64,000 nt of DNA from Bacteroidales bacterium. GTDB lineage: Bacteria > Bacteroidota > Bacteroidia > Bacteroidales > UBA932. Shown piece after piece: positions 48,368 to 57,781 of the stretch (the first letter of the stretch is position 1; the number at the start of each line of letters is the position of its first letter). The DNA is taken from positions 28,302 through 92,301 of the forward strand of contig JAFZBH010000005.1 of NCBI GenBank assembly GCA_017561865.1, in the 5' to 3' direction. Both the position numbers and the translations under genes were made by a program. Under the pieces are notes generated by a model that was not told the DNA's origin, searched no databases, and worked only from the letters and a program-made list of their open reading frames with translations.

Positions 48368-50161
48368 CTACTCCTTCTTTTCGGGTGCGTCTTCGGCCTT
48401 CAGCTTCGCGCTCAGGCTGCCGCCGCCCCCGGCGCCGGGAACGGCGATACCGTCACTGATATTGGAGGACTTGAAGGAACTCTTCGCCTCGAGGTTGTCG
48501 ATCGTGGCCTTGGGGGCCTTCAGTTCGTCCTTCACCTCGGTCTTACCGTTGATGGTGGTGGCACCGAAAACCTCGGTCTTGCTGCCTCCCACCGCGGCGT
48601 TGCCGCCGGCAAGCTGCAGGGCGGCCTTGCCTTCGTCCTGCTGAGCCTCGAAGGTCTTGTCGGCAAACAGGCCCAGCTCCTCGCTGACGGCCTGCAGCTT
48701 CTTGGACTTGATGTCTTTTTTCTTGGCGCCCAGGAACATCTTTTCCGCCAGAAGTAGCATCGAACTGTCCGCGGCGAGCTTGTCGTCGGTGCGCTTTTCC
48801 TTGTCCACGTCCATCGAGCGCACGGAGAGATCCTTGGCGTTGAGTGCGATGCTGCCCGTGGCCTTGCCTTCCGTGTCGGTGGCGGACACATCGACCTTTT
48901 CGGTCCGGATGGTGAAGGCGCTGTCTTTGGTGAGGGCCTTCTCCTCCAGCTTGCCGTCCTTGAGCTCGCTGTCCACGGACTCTAGCGTAACGGTCTTGGA
49001 GCGCACGAGGACGTCGCCCTCGGCGGGGTACTGACCGGACTCGAGCTCTCCCTTGTCGTTGTATTTCAGCTCTTTGCTGTTGACCGTGGAGACTTCCACC
49101 GTTTGCGCGTTCACAAGCACCTTGCCTTCCGGCTGCAGGGCGCCTTCGGCGTCCAAAGACCGAATCTCGATGTTGTTGGCCAGAATGCCCACACCAGCCT
49201 CCGGGTTGTCCCGCAGATTGCCGTCGCCGTCGTGACTGACGATATCCACCCGTTCGCCGACAATGGAGACAGCTGCACCGGTGGGCTTCTGCTTGAAATC
49301 GTCACCGCCCTTGATAGCATCTTTTTCGGCCTTCAGGCAGGTAATCTGGCGATTCAGCTCCGCCAGACGGGACAGGGCACTGGTCGCAGATGCATAACCC
49401 TGATAAAGAGCCGGAGCAAGGGATTCCATCAAGTCGCTCATATCGGAAAGAGCACCGACATTGGACCGGAGTTCCATCACGTCCGAAGTCATCTTTTCAT
49501 TCTTTTCAAACAAATCCTGGATGGCTTTCGCCGACGAACCAAAGGCTTTGATACCGTCCTTCACCTCCGTTTCCACGGTAGATTTCAATGTTTCCAGTTG
49601 CTTGACCTGTTCATCAAGGCTCGCACTCAGCCCTTCGGCAGATGCACTGGCGTCCACGACCAGCTGCCTATCGGCGTGTATAGAGACACTGCCTTCACCC
49701 GCAGAAGCGGGTGTTTGTGAAAAGACACCTGACGAATCATTCGCTGCGAGCACCACCTGCCTTGCCTGGCTCACCACTTCGGACAAAGAGCCCACAACAG
49801 ATTCGAGGCCGTCAATACCCGGATCCACCGCCGTCTGGCGGATGCTGGCGGCACGCGTGTGCACGCTGCCGCTTTCACCCACGCCTTCCAGCGCCACGCT
49901 CTGGCCGCGCAATATCACGACCGAACTGCCATCTCCCATCAGGACACCGTCCCGGTCCACATTGCCCAGGATGATCTCCGGAGCGGAGATCACGACACGG
50001 TGTTCGTCCCGGAGATAATAGCCGCCACCCATCGCACTGAATATCTCCGATTTCATCTGACGGACTTCTTCTTTGTGCTGACGGATTTCTTCCAGGTCCT
50101 TTGAAACGCTGGACTGGAAATCCTCCAGAGCTTTCTTCCAATCGTCAAAATTGTATTCCAT
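48368..50161 (-). CDS. Hypothetical spike-associated protein: beta-strand repeats interrupted by a coiled coil
   Basis: Between vgrG and PAAR; repeated short strands (VVISAPEIILG, VSIHADRQL, VLVNAQTVEV, IALNAKDLSV). Confidence 0.6.
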   Translation of the reverse strand: MEYNFDDWKKALEDFQSSVSKDLEEIRQHKEEVRQMKSEIFSAMGGGYYLRDEHRVVISAPEIILGNVDRDGVLMGDGSSVVILRGQSVALEGVGESGSVHTRAASIRQTAVDPGIDGLESVVGSLSEVVSQARQVVLAANDSSGVFSQTPASAGEGSVSIHADRQLVVDASASAEGLSASLDEQVKQLETLKSTVETEVKDGIKAFGSSAKAIQDLFEKNEKMTSDVMELRSNVGALSDMSDLMESLAPALYQGYASATSALSRLAELNRQITCLKAEKDAIKGGDDFKQKPTGAAVSIVGERVDIVSHDGDGNLRDNPEAGVGILANNIEIRSLDAEGALQPEGKVLVNAQTVEVSTVNSKELKYNDKGELESGQYPAEGDVLVRSKTVTLESVDSELKDGKLEEKALTKDSAFTIRTEKVDVSATDTEGKATGSIALNAKDLSVRSMDVDKEKRTDDKLAADSSMLLLAEKMFLGAKKKDIKSKKLQAVSEELGLFADKTFEAQQDEGKAALQLAGGNAAVGGSKTEVFGATTINGKTEVKDELKAPKATIDNLEAKSSFKSSNISDGIAVPGAGGGGSLSAKLKAEDAPEKKE

Positions 50162-50169
50162 AGCTCATA

Positions 50170-53100
50170 CTAGAAAGATTTCAGCGCTTCCCGCACCAGA
50201 TAAGCATCGGCTTCGATACGGCCGGGAGCTATAGTCTTCTCTACGGATCCATTATCCGCAAAACGGAAAGAAACATTTTCCTTGTCCGAGAAAAGGATCT
50301 CTCCCTTGGCGTCCGCTTTCCACGGACTTATCTCGAACAGCGCAAGCTTGGAAAGCGGCTCAAAAATGGCACCTTCCGCCAGACCTGAAAGGAAATCCCA
50401 TCCCCAGTTACTATCCTGTTTTTTCTTCTCAAAAGAAATACCGCTGATATACGACGCCCAATCGTGATCCGAGAACGGGGTCTCGGGCTTATACAAAGTA
50501 GTGCCGGCGGGATAATTGGTCGTTACTTTGAACGAGTCGAACGGATTATTATTACCCCGGCAGAACTCAATCAGAGCACATATAAGCCTTCTACAAACAA
50601 TCTTTTTCCAGCTATTAAAAACGTTGGGCTTCAATAAACTCGGAACGTCCGGCGTGAATACTGCAGCATCCGGGCTGGCATTATCGATAAACTTTTGAAC
50701 TTTCAGGTAATAAGCATGATAGAAGCCGTTTTCACTTCCGCCATCCTCGGCGGCCGGCGTTGGCGTATCCGGCGCAGGCCCGACAGGTTGGCCACCAACT
50801 AAAGTTGCATTGCCAAGAACGTCTATGTGGTCATCACCCACATTCGGTGCAGGGACCTCCGGTTTGGTCATCTTCAAGATTTCATCATAGGTGAAACCAA
50901 TCGCCTTGTGATGATAGCGCACGGTGCCGAAGCGGAAAAAATTTTCGAAACGGGATCCAAACGGGGGAAGGACTCCTTTTCCCGTCAGGTCCGCAAACAT
51001 CGTATCATACCCGAGATGGAATTTCTTCAGAGCCAGCACCGCGCGCATCAAACCTTTGACAGAACCCTTTATAGAGGCAGCCCTGCCGTCCTCCGTTCCG
51101 GTTTTGATCTTGAATTTCGTTTCATCTCCGGCAAAAGTGTCAAATGCCGCATCGAAATCCTTGCCCTTGGCAAGGCAGGCCTCATCCAAAGCAAACAGAG
51201 AAGTAAGCAAGGTCGTCAAATCAGTGGGAGTTTCCACTTCGGAAGGCCAGTTTCTTGATGAGAGCCAGCGGAAAAAAGCCCGGATCGCATAATTCACATT
51301 ATTGAATAATTTACAATACTCTTGAATATACTTATCCAATGTTTCCCGAATATATGGCACCGCGAACACCAGGCTTTTGCCTTCCTGGCCGCCACCGCCC
51401 TCAAACTCATTATAGTTGGACGGTATCGCGGCAGCCTTGCCTTTTCCGGCCTCCATCATCAAATAACGGTTGGACTTGATCGACAAGGTACCGTCCACCG
51501 GACGGATGAAGACCTCCAGGATCGAACGGATAAACGACAGGTCGAAGAAATCGGCATAAAAGGAAGATATAATCGAACCGGCAGCTTCGCCGACCTTATC
51601 CCCTTTGGTGAAAGGAGCCAAATAGCCAAGGCGATACTGGTCAAGGCCCAGATCGATATTCTTGCCGGATGTGACTTTTAATTTATTATAGGCCGTGATA
51701 TCCACATTCTTGCCGACAATCTTGATGTCACCGTTGGGCGCATTGATCTTGATGCCCGAGAAGGCGCTCATTTTCACATCGCCAAAAGGAGAAGCGATGG
51801 AGACACAACGATCGTGCGAAGACATCTTAATCTTGTAAAAACCATACTTGTCCGACATCTCGATGCCTCCGAGAACTTCGTTCACTTTGTCGTCCATAAA
51901 GTGCATCTCAACACCGTAGTTCTTCAAGAGTTTAAGTCCGGGGTACATCCCCGCGAGAAGCAGGGAGCCGTCATTCGGATCAGACATCTTGATGGTGTGA
52001 CCGTTCTTGGACTGGATGATCCGGCTGCCGTCAGGTACGGTTACGTTCTTGGAATACAGCGTACCCACGACGTAAGGATGCTCGATGTTGCCGTTCTCGA
52101 AATCCACCATCACTTCATCCCCCTTCTCCGGTTTGAAATACATTCCACCTCCGGATGTAGCCATCGGCGTGGACATCCGGATCCACGGGGTAGCATCTTC
52201 CCGAGCGGCCTCATTTGCGACTGCCAATTCGGTCTTGCAGCGATTATACTCGGTCAGTGCAGCATCATAATCAGCCTGCTTAGCCTCTTTCTTCTTGACA
52301 GGCTTACCGCTTGTGTCAAAGGTCGCATATTTCTCCAGCTCTTTTTGGGCATTGTTAAGAGCTGTCTGTTTGGCGTCAGCGTCATATTTCGGCTGCCAGG
52401 GGAAGCGGACGCGCACGCGTCCCTGATTCTTCCAGTCGCCTGATTCGTAAATAAATGCCGGCTGCGGGCCACTCTGACGAAATGGTTGGCCCGGGAGCAG
52501 CGGCGGATAGAAAACAGATGTCGTTGTCCCCCCCTCCTCCTTTTCATACATCGGAATGGCATAAATACGCTGAGTCTGGCCCTCTTCCTCCATTTTATTA
52601 TTTCCAGACAGTTCTTCATAGCTGCGATTCCACTTTACTCCGGAGGTCATCTCAATCCGCACGACCACATAAGTATGCTTTGAGTCGTTCGGCAGGGAAA
52701 TCCGGTCTCCAAGTTTCACATCGGCGTAGTCTTGTCCCATATCCACGCAGACGGTTTTTCGCATCTGCTCCTCTTCCCTGCTGCGGATGTCCTGATGATA
52801 CTTCAGCGTAACCCAGTGATCCTTAAACTCGCTTGCATTGGTAAACAAGACCTTATAGTCTGCGTCACCAATAGAATCGTTTCCCTTTTTGTTCGTCTCA
52901 CCCGTTTTCGTATGTGCCTGAATAGCCGAATGAATGGACGATGTGGCAAAATTGGTCATCACCTCCAACAGGGAAGTGGATTCCAGGATCATCGCAACCA
53001 CCTCCAGCGTTTTTCCGATCTTGTCTCCCACCCATAAACTGTTCAGATCATCCCGGGCGAACTTGTTCTTGTACAGAATCATATACTGATCCTCGGGAGA

Positions 53101-54051
53101 AATCTCCGAGTTGTACGGAAACTCTCCCACCTCATATCTCGGGAAGGCGTCATCAGGGTAATCATCAGTTCCTTTCTTTACAGGATCCGTAAGAATCTTG
53201 TTTTTTTCCAGGGCATAGGTTGTGGAACCGTCTACAGTCCGCTCTTGCTTGACAGCATCGCGCGCATAGTCCTTAACTGTGATAGGCTTCGAAGAATACC
53301 GTTGGAAAATAACACGGCTGGCATTGGTAATGGATGTTTTCTTTTCGGTATCAGGAAGGCCGAAACAAAGCTTTCCGTCCTCGAAATAAAACACTTCTCC
53401 GCAACGGTTGGCCACCCGGGACAGGAAATCGTAGAAAGTCTCGTTATACTGCACCAGATAGGGCTGGACCAACTCATAGCGCCTCGTCTTCTTAAATATT
53501 GTCACCTCGTAACTCAAATTATGGAGCACTCTTGTTTCCATCTCAATGGAGCCGAAGTGATATAACGAGTTCTTGACGATATCCGCCACAAGACGTCTTC
53601 CCAAATGAGCCTGGCTATATTTATTGAGAGTCATCTTCTTGTCCGGGCTGAAGATGTCCAGTTTCACATAGATATCATATTTGTAATAATAAGTTTCCCT
53701 TTTTCCGCCCCTGATTTTGACAAACTCAGCACGGCGCCCTTTTTCGTATTGGGGGGATATCTCGTGAACATAATAGTTTTTTGCCACCACGGTCTGGTTG
53801 ACGGAGAGGGAGACGGACTTATTCAGAAAAAAGTCCATCAAGGCATCCACGTCAGGAGCCGACGGTTCTGTTTTTTCCTCTGTTGACATCAGGATTTCCG
53901 CCTCAATATGCCCCGGCTGATATACCTGACGTTGGAAAGACACGCCATAAAGAGAAACATCCAACTTGTAGTCGCCGATGGTCAGGTCAGTCTTGGCGTC
54001 GTTCGAAATAGTCTTCCCACCTAAGGTTAAACTATATTTCAGGAGATTCAT
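50170..54051 (-). CDS. tssI: VgrG/TssI spike protein with about 400-aa C-terminal extension
   Basis: YLVQYNETFYDFLSRVANRCGE.FYFEDGKL, GRVRVRFPW, TPWIRM..P.A..GGG.YF.PEKGDEVMVDFENGN.EHPYVVG, SKNGHTI. Confidence 0.92.
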   Translation of the reverse strand: MNLLKYSLTLGGKTISNDAKTDLTIGDYKLDVSLYGVSFQRQVYQPGHIEAEILMSTEEKTEPSAPDVDALMDFFLNKSVSLSVNQTVVAKNYYVHEISPQYEKGRRAEFVKIRGGKRETYYYKYDIYVKLDIFSPDKKMTLNKYSQAHLGRRLVADIVKNSLYHFGSIEMETRVLHNLSYEVTIFKKTRRYELVQPYLVQYNETFYDFLSRVANRCGEVFYFEDGKLCFGLPDTEKKTSITNASRVIFQRYSSKPITVKDYARDAVKQERTVDGSTTYALEKNKILTDPVKKGTDDYPDDAFPRYEVGEFPYNSEISPEDQYMILYKNKFARDDLNSLWVGDKIGKTLEVVAMILESTSLLEVMTNFATSSIHSAIQAHTKTGETNKKGNDSIGDADYKVLFTNASEFKDHWVTLKYHQDIRSREEEQMRKTVCVDMGQDYADVKLGDRISLPNDSKHTYVVVRIEMTSGVKWNRSYEELSGNNKMEEEGQTQRIYAIPMYEKEEGGTTTSVFYPPLLPGQPFRQSGPQPAFIYESGDWKNQGRVRVRFPWQPKYDADAKQTALNNAQKELEKYATFDTSGKPVKKKEAKQADYDAALTEYNRCKTELAVANEAAREDATPWIRMSTPMATSGGGMYFKPEKGDEVMVDFENGNIEHPYVVGTLYSKNVTVPDGSRIIQSKNGHTIKMSDPNDGSLLLAGMYPGLKLLKNYGVEMHFMDDKVNEVLGGIEMSDKYGFYKIKMSSHDRCVSIASPFGDVKMSAFSGIKINAPNGDIKIVGKNVDITAYNKLKVTSGKNIDLGLDQYRLGYLAPFTKGDKVGEAAGSIISSFYADFFDLSFIRSILEVFIRPVDGTLSIKSNRYLMMEAGKGKAAAIPSNYNEFEGGGGQEGKSLVFAVPYIRETLDKYIQEYCKLFNNVNYAIRAFFRWLSSRNWPSEVETPTDLTTLLTSLFALDEACLAKGKDFDAAFDTFAGDETKFKIKTGTEDGRAASIKGSVKGLMRAVLALKKFHLGYDTMFADLTGKGVLPPFGSRFENFFRFGTVRYHHKAIGFTYDEILKMTKPEVPAPNVGDDHIDVLGNATLVGGQPVGPAPDTPTPAAEDGGSENGFYHAYYLKVQKFIDNASPDAAVFTPDVPSLLKPNVFNSWKKIVCRRLICALIEFCRGNNNPFDSFKVTTNYPAGTTLYKPETPFSDHDWASYISGISFEKKKQDSNWGWDFLSGLAEGAIFEPLSKLALFEISPWKADAKGEILFSDKENVSFRFADNGSVEKTIAPGRIEADAYLVREALKSF

Positions 54052-54055
54052 CTGT

Positions 54056-54535
54056 TCAGTCTTTTGTTATCGTCAATTCTACCAAATGCTCCGTTCCCAC
54101 ATAAGAAAGATGGCTGAGCAACAGCCGGGCGCGAAGCAGCGTCTGCTCAGGAGAGGAGCCCGGACTGGGATCGCCGTGGATTTCTTCCATATCCACGATA
54201 TAACCCGTAGCGACCAGTGCGTCATCATATGTGGAAAGATACTGTTTGTCATTAAAACCGGCATTGAAGAGAAAACTGTAGCGGAAGGTCTCCGTACGCA
54301 GTATCCGGTCATAAAACACTTTCTCTTTTTCTCCAGCGGCGACTCTGATGGTAAAGTCCAGATAGGAAGGGACTGTAGGGCCATAAGGCGCGCCCTCGTC
54401 ATTCCGCTGGCGTCGGCACCCGTAACTGAAATGCTGCACGGTAAAGCAACCGGTGCGCTGCACTTTGATTCCCTTTTCCGTTATATCCCCTGCCAAAAGC
54501 AAGGCCTTCAATTGATTTGAAATCGGTCCGGACAT
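54056..54535 (-). CDS. tssD: Divergent TssD (Hcp)-like protein
   Basis: FTVQHFSYGCRRQRNDEGAPYG, LDFTI; directly upstream of vgrG. Confidence 0.55.
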   Translation of the reverse strand: MSGPISNQLKALLLAGDITEKGIKVQRTGCFTVQHFSYGCRRQRNDEGAPYGPTVPSYLDFTIRVAAGEKEKVFYDRILRTETFRYSFLFNAGFNDKQYLSTYDDALVATGYIVDMEEIHGDPSPGSSPEQTLLRARLLLSHLSYVGTEHLVELTITKD

Positions 54536-54951
54536 TACGCTTGTGATTTAAAAACAATGTCATCTATGATGATCTCCGCAGGAACCGCGCGAAGTTTCAG
54601 CGTCCGGAGTATACTCTTATCGATGTGATATTCTTCTTCGATGGCGAAACAGACGCAATCTTCGAAAAGGATCATTTTCCATTGCCCCTGCCGGCCAAAA
54701 GCCACAGAAGGCATCTCAATCAGGACACGGCCACTCATTGTGGTGCCCTTCTCATACCATTCGTAAAGATTCAAGTCGCTCTTGCCCGGGGCAACCACCG
54801 TCAGTTCCATCTGGTCGCACTGGGCACAACCTTCCGGGCGTGCCTCATTATGGGAACGCAGGATATGACATTTGAAATCCACCACCGTGTATTCCTTGTC
54901 ATACCGAAGGGCTCCGTTGTTTCCGAATTGGAGTTTTGCTATTAATGACAT
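54535..54951 (-). CDS. tssD: TssD (Hcp)-like tube protein
   Basis: AKL..., YTVVDF, LYEW, SGRV.I, I.FEDCVC...EEY. Confidence 0.7.
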   Translation of the reverse strand: MSLIAKLQFGNNGALRYDKEYTVVDFKCHILRSHNEARPEGCAQCDQMELTVVAPGKSDLNLYEWYEKGTTMSGRVLIEMPSVAFGRQGQWKMILFEDCVCFAIEEEYHIDKSILRTLKLRAVPAEIIIDDIVFKSQA

Positions 54952-54964
54952 CGGATAAAATTAC

Positions 54965-55000
54965 GGGCAAGTCAGCCGGCAAGGCCGGCTGACTTTACCC
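54965..55000 (-). terminator. Intrinsic terminator or stabilising hairpin after the second major tssD
   Basis: AAGTCAGCCGGC-aag-GCCGGCTGACTT perfect 12-bp stem followed on the minus strand by an A/T-rich tract. Confidence 0.75.
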
Positions 55001-55016
55001 AAATTAGTTAAATGAT

Positions 55017-55415
55017 TTATTTCCAAGGGTTCTCGAAGGAGACGGGGCCGTTCTCCAGCTTCTGGCAAACGATCTCGACCTCCTCGAAGTGCTCCTGGCC
55101 GTCCTCCCACTTTTCCTTGTAGTGGACGCAGTAGCAGCCGGTGCCATTGAGCTCCTTCATCGTGGAGCCATCCACGGTGTTGTAGTAGGTCACGGTGAAG
55201 TCACGCGGGTCGTTCGGGGACAGCATCCACTGGAGAAGCTGGTTGTTGCCGTCGTTCATCGCCTTGACGCGGACGGTGACTCTGCCGCCGCGGGGAATAC
55301 CGGAAATCTGACCTTCGCGGTCCGTAGCCTGGTTGAACTTGTAATCGACCATCATCACTTCACGCACCTCGAAGTCCTTGACGGCCAACTGTACGGGGGT
55401 TACATTTTCTGCCAT
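55017..55415 (-). CDS. tssD: TssD (Hcp) tube protein
   Basis: REVMMVDYKFNQATDREGQISGIPRGG, LLQWM, YCVHYKE, FENPW. Confidence 0.9.
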   Translation of the reverse strand: MAENVTPVQLAVKDFEVREVMMVDYKFNQATDREGQISGIPRGGRVTVRVKAMNDGNNQLLQWMLSPNDPRDFTVTYYNTVDGSTMKELNGTGCYCVHYKEKWEDGQEHFEEVEIVCQKLENGPVSFENPWK

Positions 55416-55460
55416 AATATGGTTCCTCCTAATTATTTAATTCTTACTTGTCTAACCAGA

Positions 55461-55853
55461 TTAAGCCCATTCATTCTCAAAGACAACGGAGCCAAACTCG
55501 ATTTTCTTGCAGGTGATGGTGATGAGCTCGAAATGGCCCATCTTGTCCTCCCACTTCTCTTCGAATTCGACGCAATAGCCGTTGGTGAACTTAATTTCTT
55601 TCATCGCCTTGCCGGTCTTCGTCTCAAGGAACTGGATGGAGCCGTTCTTCGGGAGATTCCGCTCGCACATCCAGGCCAACAGGTCGGGTGTGCCGTCGTT
55701 CAGTGCTTTCACGCGGACGATGATCTTGCCGCCGCGGGGGATGCCGGCCATCTGTCCTTCGACGTCGGTGGCCTGGTCGAACTCATAGGTTACCATCAGG
55801 ACTTCGCGGTCCTTGTAACCGTCGATCTTCATACAAACAGGGGTCTTTGCCAT
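55461..55853 (-). CDS. tssD: TssD (Hcp) tube protein
   Basis: REVLMVTYEFDQATDVEGQMAGIPRGG, LLAWM, KFTNGYCVEFEE, FENEW. Confidence 0.92.
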   Translation of the reverse strand: MAKTPVCMKIDGYKDREVLMVTYEFDQATDVEGQMAGIPRGGKIIVRVKALNDGTPDLLAWMCERNLPKNGSIQFLETKTGKAMKEIKFTNGYCVEFEEKWEDKMGHFELITITCKKIEFGSVVFENEWA

Positions 55854-55889
55854 AATTTATTAATTATTAATGGTTGATAAAACTTTCAA

Positions 55890-57254
55890 TTACGCGCCCG
55901 TCATCGTTGCTTCCTTGCTCTTCTTGTCGGCCGCCACCTTGATGACGAAGTTCTTGGCCGCATAGAAGGGTGTCAGGGTGATGTCGCAGGTGATCTGCTT
56001 GGTGACGGGATCCTGGCGGGGCTCGCCGATCTCGTAGTTCTGGAACAGGTTGCCGTAGCCCTTGTACATATTGAGGAACTCCTGAATCTTGGCCTTGAGG
56101 TTCTTCGGGGAGTTGTACGGGTCCCAGTTCTCAAGGGCGACTTCGTGGACGAAGTTCATCAGCACTTTCTTCACCCAGTCGAACACGCGCACGATCGGAT
56201 ACTCCTTCATCGCGTCGAGGTCGCCGTTGTAGAGCGTGGTGTTGTTGAACGCCATCACGCGGCCTTCGCTGTAGACCATCGGGATCACCTGGTTGTCCAT
56301 CAGGGCGGCGATCTCGGACTTCAGCAGGTCGCTCTTCACGCCCTTCACGCCATCCAGGGTGCCGTACTTCTTGCCGCCGGCGCCCTGCGCCATATTGGCC
56401 GTCTCGTCATAAAGCTTGCCGCAGAGGGCCGCGGACGGGGCGATGAAGAAGGCCTTGGCGTCCTCCTCGTCGGCGGACATCTTCTCGGCCTCGCGGCCGA
56501 CGATCCAGTTGGCGGTCATCACCACGTTCATCAGTTCCTGGTCGCTGTCGCGGTAGCCTTCGGTATTGGCCTGCAGGTCCTCGAAGGAATACTCGTCGGC
56601 GTGGTCGGTGATCAGCAGGACCTTGTACTTGAAGGCCATCTTGGCCCAGCGCAGCAGGTCCACTTTGTCATTGAACACGGCACCGGGCACGCACACGAGG
56701 CTGTAGGCGTCCTTCAGGCTCAGGCGGTCGAATCCGTTGCGCAGAATCCCCTCGACCTCCTCATAGAAGCCGGAGTCGGCGTCGGCGATGTCTTCCTTGA
56801 CGACGTTGATGAGGCGAAGGTTCTGGACCTTGTCGGTGCCGCAGGTCTTGAAGAACGAATCGAGCTCGCGGTAGCTGCGCTCAAGGTTCTGGGTGGCATA
56901 GAGGGCGTCCGTGATGCCCTGCTCGAGCACCTTGGTGTACTTCTCCTCCTTCTGCTTGCAAGCGTCGGCGAAAGCGGTGGCGCTGTCCAGGTCGCCCTGG
57001 TCGAGCAGTTCGAGCCAGCCCTTGATGTCCCGGGCCAGGGTCTCGCGCTTGTCGGCGAAACGCTTGTCGGTCAGGAAGACGTTCTTCTGGGCCTTGCGGG
57101 CGGGGTTCATATTGTCGGCATCCGGCATGAAGCCGCGGATGGCGTTGAAGCCGCCGAACGAAGCCAGCAACTCCTTATTGACTTCTTTTTCTTTCAGCCC
57201 TTCCGCTGCGGCCTGTCCGGCCACGGGGGCTTTCTTCAATTCAGTATCAGCCAT
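55890..57254 (-). CDS. tssC: T6SS-iii contractile sheath large subunit TssC (DUF5458-like)
   Basis: FGGF, NMNPARKA.K..FL, LERSYR.L..FF, DRLSL, NWIVGR, PSAAL.G, YPIVRVFDW, TPFY.AKNF. Confidence 0.9.
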   Translation of the reverse strand: MADTELKKAPVAGQAAAEGLKEKEVNKELLASFGGFNAIRGFMPDADNMNPARKAQKNVFLTDKRFADKRETLARDIKGWLELLDQGDLDSATAFADACKQKEEKYTKVLEQGITDALYATQNLERSYRELDSFFKTCGTDKVQNLRLINVVKEDIADADSGFYEEVEGILRNGFDRLSLKDAYSLVCVPGAVFNDKVDLLRWAKMAFKYKVLLITDHADEYSFEDLQANTEGYRDSDQELMNVVMTANWIVGREAEKMSADEEDAKAFFIAPSAALCGKLYDETANMAQGAGGKKYGTLDGVKGVKSDLLKSEIAALMDNQVIPMVYSEGRVMAFNNTTLYNGDLDAMKEYPIVRVFDWVKKVLMNFVHEVALENWDPYNSPKNLKAKIQEFLNMYKGYGNLFQNYEIGEPRQDPVTKQITCDITLTPFYAAKNFVIKVAADKKSKEATMTGA

Positions 57255-57280
57255 TTTGATATCTCTTTAAGGATTAAATA

Positions 57281-57745
57281 CTATTTTGCTCCCTCCAGTT
57301 CGTCGAGCATAGCTTGAAGCATCGCCTTCATCTCCTCGCGGGAACCGGCATCCTTCAGGATGTCGCGCAGCTTGCGGTTCTGCTCGATGCTCTTGCGGAT
57401 CTTGGCGTTGGTGTCGATCTCTTCCTTGACGCCGGACAGGAACGGGCTGTTCTGGACAAGTTTACCCTTGCCTCCCTGGGCCTCGAAGTCACGGAGTTCG
57501 CCGAACTTGAGCGTTTCCTCCACGGCGCCGCCTTCGGCGTCGGTGAAGGTCACGTCCACCTTCGGTTTGAAATGGGCGAAGGCGTCGCCGATGTTCTGGA
57601 TGTCCTCCACGAACTCGGGGTTGCCGGGGTCCACGTCGGTGGTGTACTGGTCGATCATCAGGGTTTTGTTCTGGTCGACCAGACTGACTTTCGCGCTGGA
57701 CTCCTCATCGGGAGCCATCGAGATAAAGTTCTCTTTCATTGCCAT
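57281..57745 (-). CDS. tssB: T6SS-iii contractile sheath small subunit TssB
   Basis: NKTL.I.Q.T, F.HFKP.VDV.F....G..VEETL.F..L.DF, L...S.FL, LDELE. Confidence 0.88.
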   Translation of the reverse strand: MAMKENFISMAPDEESSAKVSLVDQNKTLMIDQYTTDVDPGNPEFVEDIQNIGDAFAHFKPKVDVTFTDAEGGAVEETLKFGELRDFEAQGGKGKLVQNSPFLSGVKEEIDTNAKIRKSIEQNRKLRDILKDAGSREEMKAMLQAMLDELEGAK

Positions 57746-57781
57746 AGCTGTAAAAAATTTAATTGTGAATATATTTGTTGC

